64,000 nucleotides of DNA from Promethearchaeota archaeon (GTDB taxonomy: Archaea; Asgardarchaeota; Lokiarchaeia; Sigyniarchaeales; SOKP01), in NCBI GenBank assembly GCA_048937405.1, contig JBHLNF010000004.1, positions 32,001 to 96,000 of the forward strand, given 5' to 3'. The translations under genes were made by a program, and so were the position numbers. Below are positions 1 to 10,498 of the stretch, one piece after another. Below the pieces are notes generated by a model that was not told the origin of the DNA, made no database searches, and saw only the letters and a list, made by a program, of their open reading frames with translations. How positions within the stretch are numbered: position 1 is the first letter of the stretch; every line of letters starts with the position of its first letter.

Positions 1-542
1 AAGAATTTGATTCATATCAAGAATTTTTTAATGAATTATTTGACAATATTAAAACCGAAGTTAATAGTCAATTTATTTTATTGATAGAAAAAAAAATTGA
101 AAAAAGTTTTGATATAATTTTAGCACAACTAAACAAACAAATAGAAGAACTTGTTAATATCAATAAAAGGGCAATTCAAGCTTCTGAAACTTTAAATCAA
201 CAGAATTCCATGTTAGAAAGCATATTTAATAATATCAATTCAATTGAGGTATTAGTTGCAGATAAATTAAATAAGAATTTTGGAGATTTATCCGAAAATT
301 TCACAAAAAATGCAAATAAAATTATTGGTAATTTTATAAATTCAAATAAAGAGACTAAAAGTTTTCTATCAAATTTAAAAGCAGCTATTATTTTACTAGA
401 GAGCTCAAAAACTCCTATTCAAAATAAATTGGAAACACAGGAAATTGAAATGAAAACTCTTCAAAAAAGTATAATAGAATTAAAAAAGGAGAATAAGGAT
501 CTACTTATAAAAATAGAAAAATTGCAGAAAAAAGAGGATTAA
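1..542 (+). CDS. coiled-coil protein, 5'-truncated by window edge
   Basis: Frame is open from position 3 through the ORF-track start at 81; heptad-rich K/E/L/N sequence; stop lies 6 nt before the next gene. Confidence 0.75.
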   Translation, partial: EFDSYQEFFNELFDNIKTEVNSQFILLIEKKIEKSFDIILAQLNKQIEELVNINKRAIQASETLNQQNSMLESIFNNINSIEVLVADKLNKNFGDLSENFTKNANKIIGNFINSNKETKSFLSNLKAAIILLESSKTPIQNKLETQEIEMKTLQKSIIELKKENKDLLIKIEKLQKKED

Positions 543-548
543 ATAAAA

Positions 549-1916
549 ATGGAGTATACAGAACAAAAAGAAAGTAATATTAATGGAAAGATATTCATTA
601 AAAAAGAAGCTTTTAGAAATATGGTAACTCATGTATTACGATTTGGTAATGAAGCTTTAGAGCAAAGCGTAGAGGTAATGGGAGTTTGTCTGGGAGAATA
701 TGATTCTAAAGAAGATAAAGTTATTGTGGAAAATGCAGTTCCATTATCCCATGGTGATAAAGTAGAGATTGGCTTTGATAAAGATGTTTATGATTTATTT
801 ATCGAGATTGGAAATAAATATTCATCAGATTTAATAGGATATTATCACTCTCACCCTTCATGGGGTTTATATCTATCAGAAAGTGACTTAAATAATTTGA
901 AATATTTTCAGGGAGAGAAATTTCCCCATGGATTTGCTATTGTATTTGATCATACACTTATGGGGAAAGAGGAAAAACTTGGATTTGATATTTATAGATT
1001 GGATGATTATTCTAAAGCTGAAAATTATCATAGTGTACCATTTGAAATTGAAAAACCCACCTCATTAGAGTATTTTAAATGGGTTCAAAAATTTTCAGAA
1101 GATATCGAGAAAATGAATCCTATTCTTATTAAAGAAGTAAATGAATTTGTTGAGACTCCTCCGGGAGATTTACAAGAAATCCCTGTAACTGAAGAACCAT
1201 TAGTTATTAGTGAAGAATTAAGAGATTCTACGCAAGTTGAGGCAATTATTTCAGGTATTCAACAAGGAGCTGAAAGTTTCTCTCAAGAGATTACAGATAT
1301 GATGAAAAATCAAATCGAAGGTTGGATTGATGACATGAATCAAGGAACATCTAAAGGGACTGATTATATAGCTAAAGCACTGAGTAAAATGAAAGAAGCG
1401 TTATCTTCTGGACTTCAAAAAGTAGATAATTGGTTTAAGAGGACTCTAGATGAGAGAGTATATCAATTTAAAAAAAGTGTTTCTAAATATGTTGATACTC
1501 GGATTGAAGCTAATAAAGAACTAACTCAAAACACTAATAAATTAAAAGATAGCCTAATTGAAGATCTAAAAACATCAGTTGAAAATAATTTAGGAAATAT
1601 TAATAAGGAGTTGGAAACCTTAGGAAATTCCATATCTGAAAAAGCGGAGGAAAACAAGAAAATAATATCACAAATTGAAGAACTAATAAATAATTATAAA
1701 ATAGCAATAGAAAATTCAGATAAACAGATTAATATATTGACTGAAAATATTGATAAAAAGATAGAAACTCCACTTAACTCCTTTAAAAAAAACCTTGATG
1801 AGAAGATCGAAAAATTAAATGCGGAACTAACTCCTTTTAAAGATAATAATTCAGAGATAAAAGTATTACTTGAAAAACTCCAAAAAATAATTACTGGCTT
1901 TCGAAGTTTAAGTTAA
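549..1916 (+). CDS. JAMM/MPN+ (Rpn11/CSN5-like) metalloprotease with long C-terminal coiled coil
   Basis: EVMGVCLG and IGYYHSHPSWGLYLSESD match the JAMM E...HxH-x7-S-x2-D motif; C-terminal ~230 aa helical/heptad. Confidence 0.85.
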   Translation: MEYTEQKESNINGKIFIKKEAFRNMVTHVLRFGNEALEQSVEVMGVCLGEYDSKEDKVIVENAVPLSHGDKVEIGFDKDVYDLFIEIGNKYSSDLIGYYHSHPSWGLYLSESDLNNLKYFQGEKFPHGFAIVFDHTLMGKEEKLGFDIYRLDDYSKAENYHSVPFEIEKPTSLEYFKWVQKFSEDIEKMNPILIKEVNEFVETPPGDLQEIPVTEEPLVISEELRDSTQVEAIISGIQQGAESFSQEITDMMKNQIEGWIDDMNQGTSKGTDYIAKALSKMKEALSSGLQKVDNWFKRTLDERVYQFKKSVSKYVDTRIEANKELTQNTNKLKDSLIEDLKTSVENNLGNINKELETLGNSISEKAEENKKIISQIEELINNYKIAIENSDKQINILTENIDKKIETPLNSFKKNLDEKIEKLNAELTPFKDNNSEIKVLLEKLQKIITGFRSLS

Positions 1917-1923
1917 AGAAAAT

Positions 1924-2202
1924 TTAAAAGAATCGTAAAGTTGAAACCTTTGTTATCTGTAATTTATACTTCGGAATATTAGTATTAAGCCTCTTTAATT
2001 CATTCAACGTCGCTATCTTACTTAAAACTCTACCAATTTTATCAACTTTTATGTTTATTCCAAAATTTTCCCGAAGAACAGAATTTATTTTATAGGAGGA
2101 TAAAATTACTGTTTGAGATATATTTCTATCAGCAAGTAACTCTATAGCCTTTTTTACTAAATTAATCAGGCGTTCTTTGCTTTCGGGTTGTTTTACTTCC
2201 AT
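1924..2202 (-). CDS. small basic hypothetical protein, possible winged helix
   Basis: 92-aa ATG ORF; helix pattern followed by a beta-wing-like PKYKL. Confidence 0.55.
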   Translation of the reverse strand: MEVKQPESKERLINLVKKAIELLADRNISQTVILSSYKINSVLRENFGINIKVDKIGRVLSKIATLNELKRLNTNIPKYKLQITKVSTLRFF

Positions 2203-2624
2203 TTTTAAATTTTTAAAATAAAATATTTATATTTAATGTTATATCAGAAGATTTTTAAAATTTACATTTAGATTATATATTCTATTTAATATGTTTCCAT
2301 TGGTATTCAACGTTGTGATTTCATTATAAATGTAAATAAATATAATTACACGAAATTATCAGCCGACTTTGATTTGTTTTAAACCATTTTTTAATATATA
2401 ATTAAATTGAGCGTTAAATTATAGCATTCATAAGACAATAACAATAGGTTAATTATTTAATCGGAAAATAATATTATATCTAAAAGTTAAGTATTTTTTA
2501 AATCTCTAATATGAGATAAATAATACTGGTCAAATTATAGTAATTATTTTAAATTATTGTTTTATCAAATTTTAAAAGTTCTCATTTACAACTAATAATA
2601 ATAACAACATTTTTTAAATAAAAA

Positions 2625-5036
2625 ATGTCTGGTCAACAATCTGATTCTTCAAAAAGGTCAAATAGTTCTAAAGCGAGAAGTAGGAGTAAAAGTGAAAGCT
2701 TAATCTCTAGGCAAAAACTAAAATTTTTTGCTTTAAAATCAAACCTTAAGAGTCATATTTACGATAAAATAATTCATCAAGAGGTTTATATAGATGGTAA
2801 AGAACCTAAATCATATTCTTTTGGGAAAAAGTTTTATGGACTATATATAATATTTCTTTTTTATTCTCTACTTTTGATTTTAAAAGTAAACTTTCCAAAA
2901 ATAGAGGAACTTAACATCTTTATGCTTGGATTACCCTTCGAATTTTCAAATACTATTTTAGCTTTTTTTCTGGTTTTATCATTTTTACTTAGTGTTGATA
3001 GAGTAAGAATCTTTATTTTCGAAAAGCATACGATTGTTAAACAATTTGTAATATTTAGTGTTTTATTTACAATTCTATTTCTCCTTTTTTTGTATATAGG
3101 AACAAGTGTAAACTTTATAACATATTTATTAGTATTATCGATGATTTGGTTGATTCTATTAAGTTCTAGATTCTATATTTATTCCAGAAAATTTTCAACA
3201 AAAATTGAAGCAAGATTCATTAAACGATATTCCATACCAAGGTATATCTTTGCCGTTCTAACTCCTTTTGTAATCTTAACTGTGCTTATTTTAATTTCAT
3301 TATTTTATCGAAGTTTTTTAGTAGTATTATCCCTAGATTTCTTCGCACATGGGGATCCAAGCAATGCTGCCGATGTTTACGAATTGGAAATGACAAGTCT
3401 TATGCCATTGATTTACTTTAGTCTAGTTATGACATTAGTTTTTATAATCTTTGAGTATGTGTCGACTAGACGAAAAGCTGAAACTAAAAGAGTAGGGACT
3501 TTTGATAATTTTACATTTTCATTAATTGTTTTCTTCATCTTTTTCTTTCAAATCCTACAAATAACTATCTTTTTATTTCTGCGAGATGAAACCATAACTG
3601 CATTCAAATCAACGTTAGGTCAAGCAGGCTCTTTTGCTTCTTATATTTTTATATTCGAGTTTATGATATCAATGTTTTTTTTATATCGTATTGTTAAAAA
3701 ACTCGGTGCATCACTTGGATGGCGTATTTTTGTATTCAAAAAGGATGGCTTAATTCTTCTATGTTTAGCTTGCGTTTTTGCTCAAACATTAACACGCTTC
3801 GCACTTGCAACCAATATACCGAATCAAAAAGTTATCGATATAGGGATAATTTTTATGTGGGATAAATTAATTGTTTCTGTACTTATGATATTTTTTTTAG
3901 GTACTACCCTTTTAATCTATTATATAAGACCTCATGAAACATCTATGTTTATGAGATTACAAAAAGAAACTGTTAGTGAAGAAGAAAGAAGCCTGGATAA
4001 AGTATATAAAATTATAAGGAGTGAATACATAAGAAGGGGTGAAGCCTATCCTATTGAAATAATTGAACGTGAATTAATTAAAGCTACTCAGCATTCTAGG
4101 GCCAAAGTTTATGAGCATATTGAACAATTAGCAAAGAAAGATATGGACATTATAATAAAAGTGAAGAAAGAAAAATCAGGAAGAACACTAAAGATGATTG
4201 ATTTCACGTCAGTTACAGAAGTATTTGAGAAAAAGGAGGTTGCTCAACAGAAAGCTAGACAATATCTAAGTGAAAGAATATACCAAAGAGCATTGGAAGG
4301 GGAGAGTAAGACTAGTAGGTTAGTTAAAAGAGAAGAAGAAGGTGAAGCCGCAAACGGTTTTATATCCTCTCTTTCTGCTGGATATAATAAAAAACAACGT
4401 GCTAAAGCATTACATAAAAAAAAATTAGAGGAGACTCAGTTAACTTTTACAACTGAAGAATTGGCTGTCGATTTAGAAACTCAAATCATCAATATAATAA
4501 AAGAGGAATATATATATAGAATTGAAAATCCTGAAAAATTTCCAGAATTCTACATTCCAATTTCTGAAATTTCAACCCAGATTGAGCGTAAAACTAAAAT
4601 TTCACCTGGAGAATTATATCCTCTTTTAGAAGATCTTAGCCAAAGTGATATGGAGTATTCACTACTCGATAATCCTAAAGATCCTGAAGATAAATTAATA
4701 AAAATCCTTCCTTTCTCTGATGAGAATATGTGCTTTACATTAGCTAATTTTAGACCTGAAGAATACTCCGAACTTAAAAAAATTATGGTCAAGAACTTTT
4801 TAAAATTTATCAAAGCTAAAAAAGAGAAAAAAGTTATTTTCAAATTGAAAAAGGGAATACTAAATCAAACAGAAACTCAAAAATCTTGGTTAGAAATACT
4901 CAATAATTTATATAAATATTATCCTATATATAAAGAACAAATTACTCGAGTTCCAGACACTAAGAAGTTAATAATGCAATTAGAAAAGTGGTATATAGCT
5001 ATTAAACAGAGGCAAAGTATAACCCAAAAGGAATAA
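2625..5036 (+). CDS. polytopic membrane protein (~10-11 TM) with cytoplasmic C-terminal tandem wHTH-like repeats
   Basis: Hydrophobic aa ~70-435; two similar segments IIRSEYIRR...IEQLAKKDM and IIKEEYIYR...LEDLSQSDM. Confidence 0.75.
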   Translation: MSGQQSDSSKRSNSSKARSRSKSESLISRQKLKFFALKSNLKSHIYDKIIHQEVYIDGKEPKSYSFGKKFYGLYIIFLFYSLLLILKVNFPKIEELNIFMLGLPFEFSNTILAFFLVLSFLLSVDRVRIFIFEKHTIVKQFVIFSVLFTILFLLFLYIGTSVNFITYLLVLSMIWLILLSSRFYIYSRKFSTKIEARFIKRYSIPRYIFAVLTPFVILTVLILISLFYRSFLVVLSLDFFAHGDPSNAADVYELEMTSLMPLIYFSLVMTLVFIIFEYVSTRRKAETKRVGTFDNFTFSLIVFFIFFFQILQITIFLFLRDETITAFKSTLGQAGSFASYIFIFEFMISMFFLYRIVKKLGASLGWRIFVFKKDGLILLCLACVFAQTLTRFALATNIPNQKVIDIGIIFMWDKLIVSVLMIFFLGTTLLIYYIRPHETSMFMRLQKETVSEEERSLDKVYKIIRSEYIRRGEAYPIEIIERELIKATQHSRAKVYEHIEQLAKKDMDIIIKVKKEKSGRTLKMIDFTSVTEVFEKKEVAQQKARQYLSERIYQRALEGESKTSRLVKREEEGEAANGFISSLSAGYNKKQRAKALHKKKLEETQLTFTTEELAVDLETQIINIIKEEYIYRIENPEKFPEFYIPISEISTQIERKTKISPGELYPLLEDLSQSDMEYSLLDNPKDPEDKLIKILPFSDENMCFTLANFRPEEYSELKKIMVKNFLKFIKAKKEKKVIFKLKKGILNQTETQKSWLEILNNLYKYYPIYKEQITRVPDTKKLIMQLEKWYIAIKQRQSITQKE

Positions 5037-5242
5037 TTATTAGTCCTTTTAATTTGATTATCTATTTATTTAATAGATTTGTTCATTAAAAAAGATATAA
5101 TAAATTTTTAAAATTATATTATGAATATAAATTATAAATATTACAAAATCCTCCAGTATCAATATACAACAGTAAAAATCATAAAATACTGAAAAGAACT
5201 TATTTTATTATGATGGTATAAAGAAAAAAAAATAAAAGATAA

Positions 5243-5413
5243 TTATTTACAACAATCTTCGCATCTTAAATCATTTAAAGGAAGATATCCACAATTTGGT
5301 CCCATATAGCACTCAAATCTATTTTTTTCTTCATTGAATATCATATCTTCTGAACAATGCTTAGGAATTGTGTCAATAGATTTTCCACATCTAGCACACT
5401 TATATAGGGTCAT
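5243..5413 (-). CDS. small Cys-rich metal-binding protein, 56 aa (not in ORF track)
   Basis: Manual translation MTLYKCARCGKSIDTIPKHCSEDMIFNEEKNRFECYMGPNCGYLPLNDLRCEDCCK; AGGAGG RBS at ~5422-5427; directly downstream of copA. Confidence 0.8.
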   Translation of the reverse strand: MTLYKCARCGKSIDTIPKHCSEDMIFNEEKNRFECYMGPNCGYLPLNDLRCEDCCK

Positions 5414-5439
5414 TTTTTAATTCCTCCTTTTTAATAATT

Positions 5440-8334
5440 TTATTCAATTACTTCCATAGGTTTATCATGGTGTTTAGGGATATCTTGTGCTCCACATGAA
5501 GCACCCATCCAACAAACTAATTGATCATCTTCTTTATGCATTGGTTTTCCACAATGCATTGGAAGATCTTGTTCTAATCCACATTCAACACATTTTAATT
5601 TTCCCATTTTTTTATCATCCTCTTTTTTTTGTTTATTTTTTTTTAATAATTCTTTATTTTTATTAAGCTCAGGACTTTTCATTTGCATTAATTTTGGATC
5701 CATTGCATCATAATTTTTATATCTTTCAGGATCTAATTTAAAGTGTGCTTCGCAATTTGGATTACAAAAGTAATAGATTTTGTTTTTATATTCATATTCA
5801 ATTGCCTTTCTAGAGTCAAGTTTCATTCCACATACTGGATCCATAACTTCTTTTCCTTGAGATATTAATAATTTTTCTTCTTCAATTTGTTGAGGTGTTT
5901 TAGGTTCATATCTTTTTAAAAACAAAGCATTTGTTACAACTGAAACTGAACTAGAAGCCATAAAAATTGCTGCTAGATAGGGGGGTATAAAGAAACCTGT
6001 AATATAATATAATATACCTGCAGCAAGAGGTATTCCAATTAGGTTGTATATTAATGCCCAAAATAGATTTGTAATCATTTTTTTATATGTTTTCTTTGAC
6101 AATTTGATTGCAGAAACAACATTTCTTAGATCTCCTCTCATTAACACTATGTCTGCAGTTTCAATAGCAACATCCGTTCCGGATCCCACAGCAATTCCCA
6201 CATCCGCTTGTGCTAATGCAGGAGCATCATTGATTCCATCTCCAACCATCCCTACTATTCTATCTTTTGAGGATTCTTGAAGTTTCTTAATTGTTAAAGC
6301 TTTCTCATTAGGTAAAACCTCCGCTAAAATATGCTTTTCATCAATATTTAACTCGTTACCTATGATTAATGCTGTTTGTTTATTATCTCCTGTGAGCATA
6401 TAAATTTCTAATCCAATACTCCTTAAAAGTTCAAGAGCATATGGTGCTTGGTCTTTAATTTTATCCGATATGCCAATTATTCCTTTTACTTGGTTATCAA
6501 CACTTACAAATATAGTTGTTCTTCCTAACAGTTGAAATTTTTTAAATTCCTCAATATAATCATCTGTTTTAATATTATTTTCAACAAATAGTTTAGGACT
6601 TCCTAGTATGACTTTCTGGTTCTTAATAGTAGCAATGAGACCTTTACCGGGGATAGCATCGAACTCATTTGGTGTTTCAAGAGATAAGCCCCTTTGATTT
6701 GCTTCTTCAATTATTGCTAGACCAAGAGGGTGTTCAGAACCCATTTCTGCACTTGCAGCATAAAATAAGAGATCATTCTCAGAAAATCCAGAATCTTTTA
6801 AAGTTTTTTCTGCAAAAATCCCAGAAACTTTAGGTTTCCCAATTGTTAAAGTCCCCGTTTTATCAAAAACTATGCTATTTATAGTATTGATTGTCTCTAA
6901 AGAATCTCCTCCTTTAATTAATAACCCATTTTCAGCACCCTTTCCTGTACCCACCATTATTGCTGTAGGGATTGCTAAACCAAGGGCACAAGGACATGAG
7001 ATTACAACTACTGATGTGAAGACAAGTAAAGCTACTTCAATCCCACTTCTTGCTATGAAATACCAATAAACAAAGGCAATTGAAGCGATGATTACAACTA
7101 TAGGAACAAAATAATTGCTTACTCTATCTGCTAAACGTTGTTTTGAACCTTTTCGTGATTGAGCTTCCTTTACAAACCCAATTATTTGGAATAACATGGT
7201 TTCTTTCCCTACCTTCTCTGTTATAATTTGAAGTAAACCCGTTTGATTAACAGTTGCTCCGATTACTGAGTCGTCTACTTCTTTTTTAACATATTTACTC
7301 TCACCTGTAATCATTGATTCATCAACTTTTGATTTACCTTTTAATACTTTTCCGTCAACGGGTATTTTTTCACCAGGGCGTACAATTAAGATATCACCTT
7401 TTTCAATTTCTTCAATTGGGATTTCTATTTCTTTACCATCTTTTAATAACGTTGCAGTTTTTGGTTGTAGCCCAATTAATTTTTTGATTGCTTCGGATGC
7501 TTGTCCTTTTGTTTTATGTTCAAGATATTTTCCAATTAGAATAAAAGAAAAAATTAAGCTCATAGCTTCATAAAACACTTCTCCAGAAATGAAAAAGGTT
7601 GTTAAGAATGAATATACATATGCTGTAGTTGTGCCAAGAACAATTAAAACATCCATATTTGCAGATTTGTTTCTTAATGATTTATAGGCCCCTCCTAAGA
7701 AGAATGAACCTGCTACACCATAATTCCCAGTAGCTAAAATCGTTAAAATGAGGTTACGAGTAAAAGAAGCGGGAATTATCCAATTTATAGGAGCTATAAA
7801 AGCCGAAAAAATTAATGAAATCGTTAAAATAATCAAACGGTAACGCATTTCCTTTTTATGCTGTTCTATGTCCTTATCTATTACACCAGCAGATTTCTCT
7901 ATATTATAACCTAACTTCTTTATATTAGAATATACTTTAGTTTCTCCTATTTCTGCTTCATTAAATTCAACAAAAATTTTTGATGCTGTAAAATTTCCTC
8001 GTACTTCATAAATTCCTTTAATATCTTTTACTTTTTCAACTAAATCGCTAAATTCTTTTTCACTTAGCACATCTTTGACAATTAAATCTATCTTTGATAA
8101 AGACGCTTTATATCCTAAATCTCTGATAGCTTTATTAAAATCATAGTAGTTTAAAGTTTTAGGACTATATTCTACATTTGCTTCCTCGTTAGCAAAATTC
8201 ACAGTTGAACTAATCACCCCTGAAAGGCTTCCTAACTTATTTTCTATTTTAAGTGCACAAGAAGCACACGTCATTCCTCCAAGTTTTATTTTAATCTTCT
8301 GCATTTCTTCTGTTTGCATACTTAATCGACTCAT
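5440..8334 (-). CDS. copA: Cu(I)-translocating P1B-type ATPase with HMA, YHS and extra C-terminal Cys/His domain
   Basis: GMTCASC, TGES, CPC, DKTGT, SEHP, GDGIND, YN and MxxSS motifs; YHS domain DPVCGM...YYFCNPNC. Confidence 0.95.
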   Translation of the reverse strand: MSRLSMQTEEMQKIKIKLGGMTCASCALKIENKLGSLSGVISSTVNFANEEANVEYSPKTLNYYDFNKAIRDLGYKASLSKIDLIVKDVLSEKEFSDLVEKVKDIKGIYEVRGNFTASKIFVEFNEAEIGETKVYSNIKKLGYNIEKSAGVIDKDIEQHKKEMRYRLIILTISLIFSAFIAPINWIIPASFTRNLILTILATGNYGVAGSFFLGGAYKSLRNKSANMDVLIVLGTTTAYVYSFLTTFFISGEVFYEAMSLIFSFILIGKYLEHKTKGQASEAIKKLIGLQPKTATLLKDGKEIEIPIEEIEKGDILIVRPGEKIPVDGKVLKGKSKVDESMITGESKYVKKEVDDSVIGATVNQTGLLQIITEKVGKETMLFQIIGFVKEAQSRKGSKQRLADRVSNYFVPIVVIIASIAFVYWYFIARSGIEVALLVFTSVVVISCPCALGLAIPTAIMVGTGKGAENGLLIKGGDSLETINTINSIVFDKTGTLTIGKPKVSGIFAEKTLKDSGFSENDLLFYAASAEMGSEHPLGLAIIEEANQRGLSLETPNEFDAIPGKGLIATIKNQKVILGSPKLFVENNIKTDDYIEEFKKFQLLGRTTIFVSVDNQVKGIIGISDKIKDQAPYALELLRSIGLEIYMLTGDNKQTALIIGNELNIDEKHILAEVLPNEKALTIKKLQESSKDRIVGMVGDGINDAPALAQADVGIAVGSGTDVAIETADIVLMRGDLRNVVSAIKLSKKTYKKMITNLFWALIYNLIGIPLAAGILYYITGFFIPPYLAAIFMASSSVSVVTNALFLKRYEPKTPQQIEEEKLLISQGKEVMDPVCGMKLDSRKAIEYEYKNKIYYFCNPNCEAHFKLDPERYKNYDAMDPKLMQMKSPELNKNKELLKKNKQKKEDDKKMGKLKCVECGLEQDLPMHCGKPMHKEDDQLVCWMGASCGAQDIPKHHDKPMEVIE

Positions 8335-8506
8335 TTTTTTTCTTTATTGTTATAAAAATACACTAAATTTACTAGTTATATGTTTTGATTATAATTTGTA
8401 AATGTTTTATATCTTCTTTTATCCTAATATTTGAGAGATTCAAAAAATATTAACTTTTTAAAGATTTTTAAAAAAAAATAGAATAGTCTATGAATTATCG
8501 ATATTT

Positions 8507-8818
8507 TCATTTCAATTCCCATCCACAATTCGTACAATATTTTATATTAGAATTATCTACTTTTACTCCACAATTTGGACAAAAATTTAGCATGTCATGA
8601 TTAATACTATCAATTTTGCTAAAACGCTTCGTATTTTGATCTATCGTAGCTCTTGATTGAAGATCTTCGGAAATTTGATGTTTTCCTCTATCTAAAGTAT
8701 AAAAAAGTATTATTATCAATATGAATAGAATAATTATTCCACCTATTATAAATAACCAAGTAAAATCGCCCCAAAACTGCCAATCCCTCATGTGATGATC
8801 ATATCCATTCGACAACAT
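8507..8818 (-). CDS. single-TM protein with C-terminal double zinc ribbon
   Basis: One TM helix; CPNCG...CTNCG; N-terminal HHM. Confidence 0.75.
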   Translation of the reverse strand: MLSNGYDHHMRDWQFWGDFTWLFIIGGIIILFILIIILFYTLDRGKHQISEDLQSRATIDQNTKRFSKIDSINHDMLNFCPNCGVKVDNSNIKYCTNCGWELK

Positions 8819-8940
8819 AAAATCACTTTTATATTATAAACTAAAACATATTACTTTTGAGTATATATACAAAGAAATATATATTTAAATATAATGATTA
8901 TTTTTTATAAAATTATAGTAAAATTCTTTTTGAAATAATC

Positions 8941-9375
8941 ATGGGTATCAATAATAATCTGAAAGTCCAAAATTTAACTAAATTATATACACTGGTATTA
9001 CTTAAGTCAAATGATTCTGTTACAGGTTATTATATTTTAAAAAGATTAGGTTCTGACTTAGGAAAAACCTCAAGCCCGACATATATTTATAATTTTTTAA
9101 AAAAGCTAAAAGAAAAAGGATATATTGAGGAAATAACCACAAAAAATAACGAGCGGTCAAAAGGTTATAGATTAACTTCCTTAGGTTCCGAATTTACTAA
9201 TAAGATTTTTTCTAGATTTGATAATCTAATTGATGTAGCTATTCAATCGAGATTAGAGATTTGCTCAAGTTGTGGTGTAAGGCTTTATAAAGATTATTAT
9301 ACAGAAATGATTAATGGAAAGAAACTAAATTTTTGCTGTAAGCATTGTGCAAACGCTTATAAAACTTCTCTATAA
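8941..9375 (+). CDS. PadR-like wHTH regulator with C-terminal TRASH metal-sensing domain
   Basis: TGYYILKRL...IYNFLKKLKEKGYI...YRLTSLG (PadR-like); CSSCG...FCCKHC (TRASH); divergent from copA. Confidence 0.85.
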   Translation: MGINNNLKVQNLTKLYTLVLLKSNDSVTGYYILKRLGSDLGKTSSPTYIYNFLKKLKEKGYIEEITTKNNERSKGYRLTSLGSEFTNKIFSRFDNLIDVAIQSRLEICSSCGVRLYKDYYTEMINGKKLNFCCKHCANAYKTSL

Positions 9376-9405
9376 GAAGAAGAAATTTAATTATCCTACA
9401 TTAAT

Positions 9406-10254
9406 TTACATAAACCAAGAAATAACATAATTATAATTCTCAGTTCTTGATATTTGAGGTTCTTTAAAAACCCAATTTCCATTAATACCTAAATGTTTTG
9501 CTACTAAATCAAAGTGACAAACTGCAATTCCAATATCGAGAGGAGGGAATTGGTTATATGGTCCTTTACCTTTAACAATATAAAAATTAAAATTATTTCT
9601 TTCCGTATCCCTGATAATTCTCCAGGGTTGCTTATTTCCAGCAGATGGTCCGATTCTAATCATTTCGAGTAATTCTCGATAATCTCCTGTTTCTTCTGGA
9701 AGAAGTGGAGTCTTAAAATCATGTTTAAAGAAGAGCTTGTCCCATAATAATCGATTGTCTGCTTTTATAAATTTTCTAATTGTTTTCTCTTTAATTGTCC
9801 TTTTGACTGAAAAACCAATAGGAGTAATTGCGGGAACAATTTCATCTTCCTTTTTATGAATTTTCGTTGAAAATAGACTTCTGTTAAAAGTTCCACCTAA
9901 CCAACACGTACCTAATCCCATATCGGTGGCATATAATATAATTTTTTCCATGAGATATCCAAAATGTTCACGATTAAAGTCAAATTTCTTTACTGCCCCA
10001 ACTATAAAATTTTGGGCTCCTTTAATTATTCCATATGTTCCTAGCTTTTTTTTCTCATTGGGATCAAATTCTGGAACATTAATAAGCTCAAATCGAATAT
10101 TTCCTTCTTGTTTGTTAAAGGGACTTTTTAATTCAAGACTTTCTAGCGCTTCAATTACATTTTTCTTTACCTTTTCATCAAGGGGAATTCCAGAATAGGT
10201 CCTACTAGAAGTTCGCTCTCGAATTATCTCTGGAATTGGTTTTGTAAAATTCAT
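9406..10254 (-). CDS. nitroreductase family protein
   Basis: RTSSRTY, LGTCWLGGTF and PSAGNKQPW motifs. Confidence 0.85.
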   Translation of the reverse strand: MNFTKPIPEIIRERTSSRTYSGIPLDEKVKKNVIEALESLELKSPFNKQEGNIRFELINVPEFDPNEKKKLGTYGIIKGAQNFIVGAVKKFDFNREHFGYLMEKIILYATDMGLGTCWLGGTFNRSLFSTKIHKKEDEIVPAITPIGFSVKRTIKEKTIRKFIKADNRLLWDKLFFKHDFKTPLLPEETGDYRELLEMIRIGPSAGNKQPWRIIRDTERNNFNFYIVKGKGPYNQFPPLDIGIAVCHFDLVAKHLGINGNWVFKEPQISRTENYNYVISWFM

Positions 10255-10498
10255 GATGATATTTGAATGTAGACTTAAAAATATGAATATATAAAATAAA
10301 TGTTTTTTACATAAATATCTTAGATATTATTATTGTGAAAATTAAAATAATCATCTCTACTAAATATCTTTTTCCTGATATAAAGCAATTGCACAATTAA
10401 TTTATTCACATCTAAACTATAAAAACAAGAAAATATGGTCCCCTAGACAAATTACACAATTTTTTTTAATTTGATAATATAATAATAATAAGGCGATT

